Assembly (NCBI GenBank): GCA_001776545.1
Contig: MFBZ01000020.1
Coordinates: 1 to 54,574, forward strand
From: Candidatus Curtissbacteria bacterium RIFCSPLOWO2_12_FULL_41_16
Lineage (GTDB): Bacteria; Patescibacteriota; Microgenomatia; Curtissbacterales; GWA2-41-24
Direction of reading: 5' to 3'
Length of the DNA stretch: 54,574 bases
Under the pieces are notes generated by a model that did not search any database, was not told the origin of the DNA, and saw nothing but the letters and a program-made list of their open reading frames with translations. Both the position numbers and the translations under genes were made by a program. Each line of letters begins with the position of its first letter. Position 1 is the first letter of the stretch. Positions 36,600 through 46,409 of this stretch are shown in pieces.

Positions 36600-37576
36600 A
36601 ATTAAGTGTTGTCATCTCAGCCTACAACGAAGAGAAAATGATAGAAGATTGTCTCTCTTCTGTTAAAGATTTAGCAGATGAGATAATTTTTGTTGATAAT
36701 TCTTCAACAGATAAAACTCCTCAAATTGCCAAAAAATATACTGACAAAATTTTTACAAGAGTTAATGATCCGGTGATGCTGAATAGAAACAAAAACTATG
36801 GTTTTAGCAAAGCGGCAGGGGACTGGATCTTGTCGCTCGACGCCGATGAGCGTCTCACCCCTGAATTATCTGCGGAAATCCGCAAAAAAATCGACGTTAA
36901 TCAGTATTCGGGATACGAAATTTCCAGAAAAAATATCATTTTTGGCAAATGGATTAAGCATTCAATCTGGTGGCCGGATTATAATCTTCGCCTTTTCAAA
37001 AAAGGTAAAGGAAAATTCCCGGAAAAACACGTCCACGAGAAAATAAAAGTCGATGGAGAAGTCGGCAAGTTAGAAAATTCGATGATTCATTATAACTATC
37101 AAACTGTTTCCCAATTTATCAATAAACTTAACAAAACCTATACCGAGTCAGAGACGGAGAACTTTCTCAAATCCGGTAAATCTATTAACTGGTATGATGC
37201 CATCCGCTGGCCTACAAGCGACTTTGTCAAAACTTTCTTTGCAGAATGTGGCTATAAAGACGGCCTCCATGGTTTAGTTCTTTCACTTTTCCAAGCTTTC
37301 TACGCTCTTGTCTTTTTTGCCAAAGTCTGGGAAAGAAAAGAAAATTTTAAAGATCTTTTTTACAATAGGGGTTCAACCCCCGAGAGCGAAAAAAGTGCTT
37401 TAGAGGTTGAACCCCAAAAAGGTAAACATGAAGTATCTCCCACGGAGTTCTTAAATGCAGTAATCAAAGAATTTTTGCGAGCATCCCGCGACATTCGCTA
37501 CTGGATCTATGAAACCTTGATTTCCGAGAACCCCGCCAAAAAAATTTACTATAAAATCAGAAGAAAATTGAGATGA
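36596..37576 (+). CDS. GT2 glycosyltransferase (WaaE/LgtF-like)
   Basis: SAYNEE, VDNSSTDKT, WILSLDADE, WWPDYNLRLF, VHE, GYKDGLHG. Confidence 0.85.
   Translation: MKLSVVISAYNEEKMIEDCLSSVKDLADEIIFVDNSSTDKTPQIAKKYTDKIFTRVNDPVMLNRNKNYGFSKAAGDWILSLDADERLTPELSAEIRKKIDVNQYSGYEISRKNIIFGKWIKHSIWWPDYNLRLFKKGKGKFPEKHVHEKIKVDGEVGKLENSMIHYNYQTVSQFINKLNKTYTESETENFLKSGKSINWYDAIRWPTSDFVKTFFAECGYKDGLHGLVLSLFQAFYALVFFAKVWERKENFKDLFYNRGSTPESEKSALEVEPQKGKHEVSPTEFLNAVIKEFLRASRDIRYWIYETLISENPAKKIYYKIRRKLR
37368..37415. repeat. REP doublet GGGGTTCAACCCC - 22 nt - GAGGTTGAACCCC, in frame in the GT2
   Basis: Inverted 13-mers (12/13); same geometry as 1207-1253. Confidence 0.75.
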
Positions 37577-37582
37577 TATAAT
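37574..37582 (+). promoter_or_regulatory. Extended -10 promoter (leaderless type)
   Basis: TGaTATAAT, 7 nt before ATG 37590. Confidence 0.6.
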
Positions 37583-37589
37583 TTCCTCC

Positions 37590-39278
37590 ATGCAAGAGGC
37601 GGAACCCAAGGGTCTTCATGAATCTTTTTTAACGGAAAAACGTCTTCTTGAACAAATTAGCGGAGAGAATCTTGAAAAAAGGTTACTGGAACTTGCCGAG
37701 ATCGGTGGTCTTGTCAAAGAAGTCGGTAAATACGTTGAGGTTACCCGGCTGGCATTCACAAAAGAAGACTTAGCGGCACGCAGCTATCTTGATCGCTTGA
37801 TGAAAGAATCAGGAATGGATGTGGAGCATCATCCATTTGGCTTAATCGGCGTATGCTATGGCCAAAGTCCAGAGTTACCGGCCGTAATGCTGCTTTCTCA
37901 TTTTGATTCCGTTCCCAAAGGCGGCATGTACGATGGCGCTTTAGGCACCATTGGCGCCATAGAAGTTGTCCGTTTACTTTGTGAAAACAAAATAAAATTT
38001 GCGCGAACCATTGTTGTCTTAGCGGCAACTGCCGAGGAATCTTCGCGGTTTAATAATGGGCTTGCCGGAAGCCGGGCGCTTTTTCATGGTTTGACGGATA
38101 AAGAGCTGGCCGCTAAAAGGCCCGGCGATTGTTCTTTAGGTGAAGCTCTTTGCGCTTGGGGATTTAATCTTAATGATGTAAAGACCCCAAGATTTACCAA
38201 AGACCAGATTCATGCAGCAATTGAACTTCACATTTCTCAAAATGCCTATCTCGAAGAAAGCGGGAAAGGTTTAGGGGTAGTTAAAGCAATCGCGGCACCT
38301 GATCGCCGCGAAATAATAATCGGTGAGCCAATCAACAAAACCAATGTTGGTAAAGATGGTGTTTATTTTGAGGTAAAAGTTAAAGGCCAGGCGGGCCATT
38401 CGGGAGCAACACCCATGGGTCGGCAATATCGAGCCGACGGCCTGTTGCCACTAGCAGACTTTTTAATAAAAACAACACTTTTGGCAGGGGAACTCGATGT
38501 CCAGGTAGCAGTTGACAAACTCTTGGTTGAATCGCAAGCGCTAAACAAAATTCCGGGCCATGCAAGCTGCCTTGTGGTTCTTTCCGGATCCGCCACCAGG
38601 ATTGAAAAAGCCAAAGCGATACTTAAAAACTATGGCCAGCTAAGAAACAAACAATATGCCAGGCCCCCCACGAAGTTTAGCCAACAGGCAATATCTATCG
38701 AAGAAGTAAAAGCCAACCCCCCTGATTATTTCTTTGATCCGGCTAGCATTTTGGCAAGATGCAAACTTGCTGGTCAAATAATTAGGATAGTCAATTCGGT
38801 TTCTGGCAAATACAGAGATTATCAAAAGGAAACTATTGTAGGTACGGTGACCACCTTGACGCAAAGTCAAGAGGGACAGATCATTTTAGGTGTTGACGTC
38901 AGGGGAACTGACGAGCTTGTAAGAAACCATGTTTGGCATGAAGTGCTCGCAAAAATCGAAACAGTTAACAAAACAAATGTTGACTATACCATCAACAAAT
39001 TGTCAGGAAGCAACGATCCGACAACCATGGATCAGGAGCTGGTTAGGAAAGCAGAAGCAGTAATCCAAAATCATAATCTGGGTCAATACGAGATCACATT
39101 TAGTCCCGCTGGCCATGACTCGCAAAATGCCGCCAGAGCCGGTATCCCAACCGTCATGTTTTTTATTCCAAGCAGAAACAGTGGCGCCAGCCATGTGCCC
39201 CAAGAATATTCCACCGCGCAAGACCTCGAAAGAGGGGCAAAAGCTCTTGCGGCATTAGTTGTGAGACTTACGCTATAA
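37590..39278 (+). CDS. M20-family Zn amidohydrolase (hydantoinase/carbamoylase, allantoate amidohydrolase-like), elongated
   Basis: VTRLAFT, SHFDSVPKGGMYDGALG, AEESSRF, ELHISQ, GQAGHSGATPM..R.DGL, AGHDSQ, SHVPQE. Confidence 0.8.
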   Translation: MQEAEPKGLHESFLTEKRLLEQISGENLEKRLLELAEIGGLVKEVGKYVEVTRLAFTKEDLAARSYLDRLMKESGMDVEHHPFGLIGVCYGQSPELPAVMLLSHFDSVPKGGMYDGALGTIGAIEVVRLLCENKIKFARTIVVLAATAEESSRFNNGLAGSRALFHGLTDKELAAKRPGDCSLGEALCAWGFNLNDVKTPRFTKDQIHAAIELHISQNAYLEESGKGLGVVKAIAAPDRREIIIGEPINKTNVGKDGVYFEVKVKGQAGHSGATPMGRQYRADGLLPLADFLIKTTLLAGELDVQVAVDKLLVESQALNKIPGHASCLVVLSGSATRIEKAKAILKNYGQLRNKQYARPPTKFSQQAISIEEVKANPPDYFFDPASILARCKLAGQIIRIVNSVSGKYRDYQKETIVGTVTTLTQSQEGQIILGVDVRGTDELVRNHVWHEVLAKIETVNKTNVDYTINKLSGSNDPTTMDQELVRKAEAVIQNHNLGQYEITFSPAGHDSQNAARAGIPTVMFFIPSRNSGASHVPQEYSTAQDLERGAKALAALVVRLTL

Positions 39279-39299
39279 GAAAAGTTATTTGCTAGAGAT

Positions 39300-39923
39300 T
39301 TACTCTAGCGTAATTTTTTCCATCACATCTCCAACCTGAATTTTATCAACCACATCCATGCCCCCTACAACCTGCCCGAAAATTGTGTAATTCTTTGGCA
39401 AAGTCGTCGTATCGGCAAGCATGATGAAAAATTGACTGCCGTTAGTGTTTGGTCCTGCGTTCGCCATTGCTACAATTCCTCTCTTATAATCCCGCGTCAC
39501 CTCCTCATCAGCAAAATTGTAACCAGGCCCGCCCGCCCCATTGCCATTTGGATCGCCTCCTTGAATCACAAACCCTTCTTCCCTTCGGTGAAAAGTCAGT
39601 CCATCATAGAAACCATCTTGCGACAAGAAAATAAAATTAGAAGCTGCCATTGGGCTGTCTGTAAAAAGTTCAAAAATGATATCACCCCTTGCCGTTTTAA
39701 CCCGAGCCTTTTTACCCTTTATTTGTTCTGTAGTAAGAACTGGTGGTGGCTGGCTGTAAGTCTTTTTCATACTTGTTTTTGTCGCTTCATTGTTTCTCAC
39801 TTGATTAGAAGTTGCAATTGGTGTTTTGCTGAAACTGTCTTCTTTGCTGATTCCAAAAGACCAAAAAATACCAACTACTGCAATTAGCAAAATAATTCCG
39901 AGAGACCAGACCCAACTTTTCAT
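39300..39923 (-). CDS. Membrane-anchored cyclophilin-type peptidyl-prolyl isomerase
   Basis: FYDGLTFHR, FVIQGGDP.G.G.GGPGY, AMANAGPNTNGSQFFI, YTIFGQV; N-terminal TM. ATG at 39923 preferred over TTG 39962. Confidence 0.9.
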   Translation of the reverse strand: MKSWVWSLGIILLIAVVGIFWSFGISKEDSFSKTPIATSNQVRNNEATKTSMKKTYSQPPPVLTTEQIKGKKARVKTARGDIIFELFTDSPMAASNFIFLSQDGFYDGLTFHRREEGFVIQGGDPNGNGAGGPGYNFADEEVTRDYKRGIVAMANAGPNTNGSQFFIMLADTTTLPKNYTIFGQVVGGMDVVDKIQVGDVMEKITLE

Positions 39924-39985
39924 TAGTCTTATTAGTTTATGGAAAACTTTGGAAGCTGTCAATTACTGGTATATAATTTCACAAA

Positions 39986-42900
39986 GTGATTAGAAAAATC
40001 TTTAAACATCACTGGGCAATAATAGCCATTGTAATCGGTGAGGTAATTTTAAGAATTTGGCGACTTGAAGCACTTACCACATTTGGCGGCGATCAGGGAT
40101 ACGACATTGAAAAAATCTGGCAAATTCTTCATGGGAATTTTACACTACTTGGTCCCCAAATTAGCCGTTTTGGAGGAACCACTCTTTATGTCGGGCCCCT
40201 TTATTATTATTTTATGGCGCCGTTCCTTTTTTTGGCTAATTTCGATCCGATAGGCATTTCACTCTCCGCCATTTTTGCAAGAATCATCACGACCCTTTTT
40301 ATCTATCTGGCTACCAAAAAACTTTTCAACAGCAAAGCCGCAATCTTTGCGGCTATAATCAGCGCGGTTTCTCCTTATTGGGTTAATTCTCTAGGGCCGC
40401 CGTCTCAGGCTTATTTTGTGCCTGCGACAATTGCTGCGGCTTTCTTTTTATTAATAAAGCTACACGAATCCAATAAGACAAAAATTAAGTCTCAAATTTT
40501 CATTTACTTTGCTCTCGGATTTTTAATCGGACTAAATTTAAATTTTCACTATCTCGGAGCAATTTTCGCAGTTCCTCTTTTGGTCTATATCTTTCTTTAC
40601 CAAAAATCCCAAATAATCAAAAAAAATGTGTTTTTGGGGCTAGGTTTTTTTGTAGCGATTTCCCCCATTGTTCTTTTTGAGGTAAGACATAAATTTTTTT
40701 TAATTAACCAAGCGCTTAAACAAATCTCTATTCTTTCCCAGACATCAAGCAGCCCCCCCAATTTTTTTAAAGAAAATGCAATTTCTGCTTTTCGGATTAT
40801 GGAACAAGATTCGCTTGGATTTAATTTTTCCGGCTATGCTTTTTTAATATTAGCGTTTTTAGCAATAGTCATAATAATAAATGCCATAAAAAAAAGCCTA
40901 AAACCTATGATTTATTTTTCCATAATTTTAATCTTACTAAATATTTTAGCCGCCTCTTTATATTTCGGAAAAATACAACCTCATTATCTTGGCGCCGCCT
41001 ATCCACTGGTATTTATCATGTTAGGACTGGCCATTTATTTGACCGCAAAGATCAATAGAATCGTCCCTTATTTTTTGCTAATTTTTATATCAGGTTTGCT
41101 GATCCCCAGGAATACTCTTTTCTCGTCGTCCGCCTACACCATGCCGGAAGATCTCACCTTAAAAGAAATCAGGCAAATTTCAAAAATTATAGCTTTTGAT
41201 TCCGAAAGCGGCGCTTTCAACATCGCATCCACCTTAGACGGCGATTCCAGAGCCGGTCCATATCGGTACCTTGTAAAAATTTACGGGAAAATACCCCAAG
41301 ACGTTGAACACTACGACACGCCCGATAGCCTTTATGTTATAACCAGAGACCCGGCAGTTTCGGTTCCGGCAAATCCTCTTTTCGAAATAGCCAGTTTTCA
41401 ACCGGCCAATATCTCTGGTGTTTGGGAAATAAAAGGCAACATTCGCCTGGTAAAACTTTCAAAAAAAGAGCGAACAGCTCAGCTTCAAAACCGTTTTATC
41501 ACCATCGTCAACCCCATAAGAAACAGGGATTACTGGCAAGGCAGATCAATTAACAACTTAAAACAACAGCTGGATGCTATTCAAACCAGGAATCTTCCGG
41601 CAACATGGCTTTTAGAATACGATACCCTGGAAGATCCTGAAATCTTAGCTCTTCTAAGAAAATCGAACAAAAATCAAAAAGTCGGAGCTTTTTTGGAAGT
41701 AAGCGAAAATTGGGCAACTGCTGCCGGTGTTTCTTACAAAATTGCCGATGGTGATTATTATCGACCGGACAAAGTTTTTCTCTCCGGATACTCTATCCAA
41801 GACCGCCGAAAGTTAATTAAAACTTATTTCAAAAAATACCAAGAAGTTTTTGGGACTTTCCCTCAAGTAGCCGGAGCTTGGTATATTGATGCAAGATCTC
41901 AAGCATTTCTTGCAAAATTAGGCGTAAAAGGCGTTCTTGTTGTATCTGATCAGTACGATACCGATGCCGCATCAATATGGGGTAAATATTGGAGCTTTCC
42001 CTACTATCCATCAAAATACAATTCTCTGGAACCCGCCCCAAATCAAACATCAAAAATTCCTATCGTCAACATTCAATGGGCCCAGCGTGATCCGGTTGCG
42101 GGGTTCGGAAAGACAATTAAAGACTCAAGATATAGCCTTCAAGCAAACGATTACATAAGAAACGGCTTTGATTCTTCTTTCTTCGATAAACTTCTCTGGC
42201 ATTATCTAGAAAATCCCAAATCCGATTTTATTCAAATTACAATTGGCTTAGAAGCGGGGCAGGAGGCTGTGATTTTTGCCGAGGAATTTCAAAAACAGCT
42301 TGAAAAAATCGATTCCTTAAGAAACCTCGACAAGCTGCAAGTTGTCACAATGGAAGAATTCGCCGATTGGTATCGGCGCAAATATCCCGGAATTTCCCCA
42401 TCCCATTTTGTGACCAAGAAAGATGATTTTTGGTATATGTCTCCTAAATTCAGGGCTGCCATTTTCAAAAAAGGCAATAATTATATATTAGGGGATTTGC
42501 GTTACTACACAAATTATCCAATACGTGATTATCTGTACAGCGATACGAATCACTACTTGGATAGAAAAATTCCCGCCCAGATAGACGGTATCAATCCCCA
42601 AAACCAGATCATACTTGGCCAGGCCAAAAACTTGAGTATTTTTGAAAATTTTGACCGTCTGACTTTGAAACTGGATAATAGAGAAGCACAGATTAACGCC
42701 CATGGCGTAAAGGTCAACGGGCAATATATACTCATGACAGGCGATCAACACTTAAATACTGTCCAGGATAAAGTTGTTTATTTACAACTGATGCAAGAAA
42801 TCCTGGCGATTTTAGCCAAACCCCTGGATTACTTTAAGTATTCCAAAATGGGCCATGATTTGATTTTCGGATTTTCGATATCCGACACCAAGCTTGTAGG

Positions 42901-43006
42901 TTTTAAAGGTTTTAGTCCCGGTATTTATAATTTCCAATTTCAATCTTTTTCCAAATTCCTGTCACCCGCCTTAATTGTCAGAAAGTTGCAGCCATGGATC
43001 AACTGA
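39986..43006 (+). CDS. ArnT-like GT-C glycosyltransferase fused to a large extracytoplasmic hydrolase/deacetylase-like domain
   Basis: N-half: LRIW...FGGDQGYD, LLGP, VGPLYYY, NFHY. C-half soluble: LPATWLL, GAFLEV, FLSGYS..DR, FGTFP...GAW, PYYPSK. Confidence 0.65.
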   Translation: MIRKIFKHHWAIIAIVIGEVILRIWRLEALTTFGGDQGYDIEKIWQILHGNFTLLGPQISRFGGTTLYVGPLYYYFMAPFLFLANFDPIGISLSAIFARIITTLFIYLATKKLFNSKAAIFAAIISAVSPYWVNSLGPPSQAYFVPATIAAAFFLLIKLHESNKTKIKSQIFIYFALGFLIGLNLNFHYLGAIFAVPLLVYIFLYQKSQIIKKNVFLGLGFFVAISPIVLFEVRHKFFLINQALKQISILSQTSSSPPNFFKENAISAFRIMEQDSLGFNFSGYAFLILAFLAIVIIINAIKKSLKPMIYFSIILILLNILAASLYFGKIQPHYLGAAYPLVFIMLGLAIYLTAKINRIVPYFLLIFISGLLIPRNTLFSSSAYTMPEDLTLKEIRQISKIIAFDSESGAFNIASTLDGDSRAGPYRYLVKIYGKIPQDVEHYDTPDSLYVITRDPAVSVPANPLFEIASFQPANISGVWEIKGNIRLVKLSKKERTAQLQNRFITIVNPIRNRDYWQGRSINNLKQQLDAIQTRNLPATWLLEYDTLEDPEILALLRKSNKNQKVGAFLEVSENWATAAGVSYKIADGDYYRPDKVFLSGYSIQDRRKLIKTYFKKYQEVFGTFPQVAGAWYIDARSQAFLAKLGVKGVLVVSDQYDTDAASIWGKYWSFPYYPSKYNSLEPAPNQTSKIPIVNIQWAQRDPVAGFGKTIKDSRYSLQANDYIRNGFDSSFFDKLLWHYLENPKSDFIQITIGLEAGQEAVIFAEEFQKQLEKIDSLRNLDKLQVVTMEEFADWYRRKYPGISPSHFVTKKDDFWYMSPKFRAAIFKKGNNYILGDLRYYTNYPIRDYLYSDTNHYLDRKIPAQIDGINPQNQIILGQAKNLSIFENFDRLTLKLDNREAQINAHGVKVNGQYILMTGDQHLNTVQDKVVYLQLMQEILAILAKPLDYFKYSKMGHDLIFGFSISDTKLVGFKGFSPGIYNFQFQSFSKFLSPALIVRKLQPWIN

Positions 43007-43896
43007 AAATAGCAATTATTGTTCTGAATTATAATGGCATTCGGGCAACTCTTGAATGTCTTGACTCCCTAAGAAGACTTAAAAAGGATAATTATCAAGT
43101 TGAAATAATTCTGGTGGATAATAATTCGAATGATGGCTCACATGAAGCGTTTTCAAAAATAAAAGACGTACATTTTATCCGATCAGAAGAAAACCTTGGC
43201 TATACGGGCGGCAACAATCTTGGAATCAGGCATGCCCTTAAAAGGCAAGCAAATTATATTCTTGTTTTAAATAATGATACCATTGTTGATCATTTACTTC
43301 TTGTAAATTTGTTAAAAGCCACAAAAAACGGAGATATCGTCTGTCCCAAGGTCTATTTTGCTCCCGGATTCGAATTCCACAAAGAGAGATACAAAAAACA
43401 AGAGAGGGGATCGATAATTTGGTACGCGGGTGGCAAAATTGACTGGGACAATATCATCGGCCGACACATTGGCGTTGACCAAAAAGACAAAGGCCAATTC
43501 GCCAAAAGACACCCAATCGATTTGGCGACCGGAGCTTGTATGTTGGTCAAAAGCCACGTCTTTGAAAAAATAGGTTTTTTTGACGAGAAATATTTTTTAT
43601 ACTTAGAGGATATGGATTTTTGTGTACGCGCAAAAAAAGCGGGTTTTAAAATAATTTTTGAACCAAAAGCAATCCTCTGGCACAAAAATGCCGCAACAGC
43701 CGGGGGGTCAGGCTCCCGGCTGCAAGATTATTTCATTACCAGGAATAGATTGCTTTTTGCCATAAAATACGCCAGACTAAAAACCAAATTGGCAGTTGTC
43801 AGACAAAGCATCCGTCAACTTAAAGATCCCGTCAAGAGAAGGGCCTTTTGGGATTTTTTAACAACCAATTTTGGCAAAGGCAGCTTTTTAAAATGA
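42994..43896 (+). CDS. GT2 glycosyltransferase (rhamnosyltransferase-like)
   Basis: IVLNYNG, VDNNS.DG, NLGYTGGNNLG, LNNDT, TGACMLV, YLEDMDFC.R, TRNRL. Confidence 0.85.
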   Translation: MDQLKIAIIVLNYNGIRATLECLDSLRRLKKDNYQVEIILVDNNSNDGSHEAFSKIKDVHFIRSEENLGYTGGNNLGIRHALKRQANYILVLNNDTIVDHLLLVNLLKATKNGDIVCPKVYFAPGFEFHKERYKKQERGSIIWYAGGKIDWDNIIGRHIGVDQKDKGQFAKRHPIDLATGACMLVKSHVFEKIGFFDEKYFLYLEDMDFCVRAKKAGFKIIFEPKAILWHKNAATAGGSGSRLQDYFITRNRLLFAIKYARLKTKLAVVRQSIRQLKDPVKRRAFWDFLTTNFGKGSFLK

Positions 43897-44672
43897 AAAT
43901 TTCCGCGCTGATTTTAACTCACAATGAAGAAAAAATGTTAAAGGATTGTTTAAAACAGTTAAACTTCGTTGACGAGATTATAGTTCTGGATCAAGCTTCA
44001 ACCGATCAAACCGTTGATATTGCCAAAATTTATGCCAACAAGGTTGTCAGCGCAAGTTCTGAAGATTTCGCTAAAAATCGCCAATTACTCGCCGAGTCTG
44101 CAAAAGGCAAGTGGCTCCTCTATATCGATGCGGACGAAAGATTAAACAGCGACAACGTCCAGGAGATCAAAAAAGCGCTAAAAACCAAGAAATATGCCGC
44201 CTATTTTTTTGCCAGAAAAAACATAATTCTAGGCAAATGGCTAAAGCATGGGGGTTGGTGGCCGGATTTAGCACCAAGACTTTTTCAAAAAGACAAACTT
44301 TTAGGCTGGCAGGGTTCGGTTCACGAGAGTCCAATCGTTCAGGGCGAATTTGGATATTTCACTGCCCCGATTGTCCACTTCACCGCGCAAAACATCAGCT
44401 CAATGCTTGCAAAAACTACAAAATGGGCTCAAATCGAGGCCAGACTTTTTTATTCCGGGCGAAAAAACCCCACCATTAACATTTTAAGAGTCGCAAAATC
44501 GCTGGTTTCTGAATTCACAAGTCGCTTTTTTGGGAAACTAGGATTTTTAGACGGTCAAATTGGTTTAATTGAATCTATCTATCAAGCGCTTCACAGATGT
44601 ATCATTTTAGTTTATCTTTGGGAGTTACAGAATGGCTCAGAAAAGAAATCTCGACAGGTTAAAGGAAAATAA
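43893..44672 (+). CDS. GT2 glycosyltransferase (WaaE/LgtF-like)
   Basis: LTHNEE, DQASTDQT, WLLYIDADE, GGWWPD..RLF, VHE, GFLDG; ATGA overlap with the previous gene. Confidence 0.85.
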   Translation: MKISALILTHNEEKMLKDCLKQLNFVDEIIVLDQASTDQTVDIAKIYANKVVSASSEDFAKNRQLLAESAKGKWLLYIDADERLNSDNVQEIKKALKTKKYAAYFFARKNIILGKWLKHGGWWPDLAPRLFQKDKLLGWQGSVHESPIVQGEFGYFTAPIVHFTAQNISSMLAKTTKWAQIEARLFYSGRKNPTINILRVAKSLVSEFTSRFFGKLGFLDGQIGLIESIYQALHRCIILVYLWELQNGSEKKSRQVKGK

Positions 44673-45363
44673 AAATTTGCTTTTTTACGACACCTACGAA
44701 CGCCATAGAAAGATCGCCAGCTTCATCAAAAGCAGAGAAACCGTGCTCGATGTCGGCGGTGAACTTAACCTTCTTTCAAAATTTTGCAATCCCAAAAAAA
44801 TTGTTGTCGCCAATATCGCAAGAAGTATTGAGGAAAGCGATGTTATTATAAAAAAAGATAAATTACCGTTCGCTTCGAATTCTTTTGACACAGTTTGCGC
44901 AATTGACGTTTTGGAACACCTCCCTAAAAATGACAGGTCTAAATTTATTAAAAATTTACTAGCCGTTGCTTCAAAAAAAGTCATAATATCCTTCCCGGTT
45001 GGTACAATAAGACATAACCAATATGAAAAAGAAACTAGAGATTGGCTCTTAAATTTGGGGGAAGATATTACTTATCTTAACGAACATATTAAATACAGCC
45101 TGCCCACAGTTTCAGAAATTCAAACCATCATGCATGGCTTTCATGCGCGACTTTTCTATTCCGGTAATATCATGATCAACAAACTATTGTTCCGTTTTTT
45201 AATGTTTGATCCGAAGATTAAATTTTTAAGAAAAATAATTTACTGTCTAAAGCTTATTTTCAATTTTGTAACCAACCCTCTTCTTTACCTTTTTTTGTCA
45301 AACAAAGGATTTTCTGATTCTGTCAATAGGGCCTATCTGGTAGTCGAGAAAGGGAAAAAATGA
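44632..45363 (+). CDS. Class I SAM-dependent methyltransferase (glycan-modifying candidate)
   Basis: VLDVGG, LPFASNSFDTV...DVLEHLP. Confidence 0.75.
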   Translation: MAQKRNLDRLKENKNLLFYDTYERHRKIASFIKSRETVLDVGGELNLLSKFCNPKKIVVANIARSIEESDVIIKKDKLPFASNSFDTVCAIDVLEHLPKNDRSKFIKNLLAVASKKVIISFPVGTIRHNQYEKETRDWLLNLGEDITYLNEHIKYSLPTVSEIQTIMHGFHARLFYSGNIMINKLLFRFLMFDPKIKFLRKIIYCLKLIFNFVTNPLLYLFLSNKGFSDSVNRAYLVVEKGKK

Positions 45364-46409
45364 AATTCGGGTTTTATAGTCCGTATTTGGATACTTTCGG
45401 TGGGGGAGAAAGGTACATACTTACTTTAGCTTCTCACCTTTCTAAAAATCACCTCGTTGATATTTTTTGGGACGATCCGAATATAAAGCCATCGCTTGCG
45501 CGTTTTCTCAAAATTGACCTGACTAAAATAAGATTTACTAAAAATATTTTCAAAAAAAACCTTTTTGAAAAAACCTTTTTGACTTTCGGCTATAATTTGA
45601 TATTCGTACTTTCAGACGGCAGTATCCCTCTAACTTTCGCTTCAAAAAATATTCTTCACTTTCAAGTTCCGTTTAATTTTCCACAAGTAAACTTAGCCGC
45701 AAAAATCAAGCTCAAACGGTATCGGTATGTGATTTGTAATTCTCATTTTACAAAAAGTTTTATCGATAAAAGCTTTAAAGTCGACTCACGTGTTATTTAT
45801 CCGCCGGTGGATGTTAAATCAATAACACCAGGCCAAAAAGAAAAATTAATACTTTCAGTAGGGAGATTTAGCCGTAAACAACTCCATCCCAAAAATCAGG
45901 AGGTTTTAATTGAAGTTTTTAAAGAAGTTGCCAAGAAGGCTCCCGGGTGGAAACTTGTTCTTGTCGGACAAGCTAAAAAAGAGGACTCCAAATATATTAG
46001 GAGCTTAAAAAAACAGGCCCGTGGTCATGCGATCAAAATCATTGAAAACTTAAAGGTGGATAAGTTAAGAAAGCTTTATTCCCAGGCTTCAATATATTGG
46101 CATGCGACTGGTTTTGGTGAGGATGAAAATAAAAACCCACAGATGATGGAACACTTCGGTATTTCGACGGTCGAGGCTTGCGCTGCTGGAGCGGTGCCTG
46201 TGGTTATTGGCAAAGGAGGTCAGAAGGAAATAGTCCAAGACGGCAAAAACGGTCTGCTTTGGATGACCAAGTCCGAGCTTTATGAAACATCTTTATCGCT
46301 CATAAATAATAAAGGTCAACTCCGAAGTCTCTCTCGGGCAGCCGTCAAAAACAGTAAAAGATTTTCTCAAGAGGTTTTTTTCCGTGAATATGAAAAAATC
46401 ATCTTTTAA
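45360..46409 (+). CDS. GT4 glycosyltransferase
   Basis: GGGERY, NSHFT, VIYPPV, ILSVGRF, YWHATG, EHFGISTVEA.AAG.VP. Confidence 0.9.
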   Translation: MKFGFYSPYLDTFGGGERYILTLASHLSKNHLVDIFWDDPNIKPSLARFLKIDLTKIRFTKNIFKKNLFEKTFLTFGYNLIFVLSDGSIPLTFASKNILHFQVPFNFPQVNLAAKIKLKRYRYVICNSHFTKSFIDKSFKVDSRVIYPPVDVKSITPGQKEKLILSVGRFSRKQLHPKNQEVLIEVFKEVAKKAPGWKLVLVGQAKKEDSKYIRSLKKQARGHAIKIIENLKVDKLRKLYSQASIYWHATGFGEDENKNPQMMEHFGISTVEACAAGAVPVVIGKGGQKEIVQDGKNGLLWMTKSELYETSLSLINNKGQLRSLSRAAVKNSKRFSQEVFFREYEKIIF

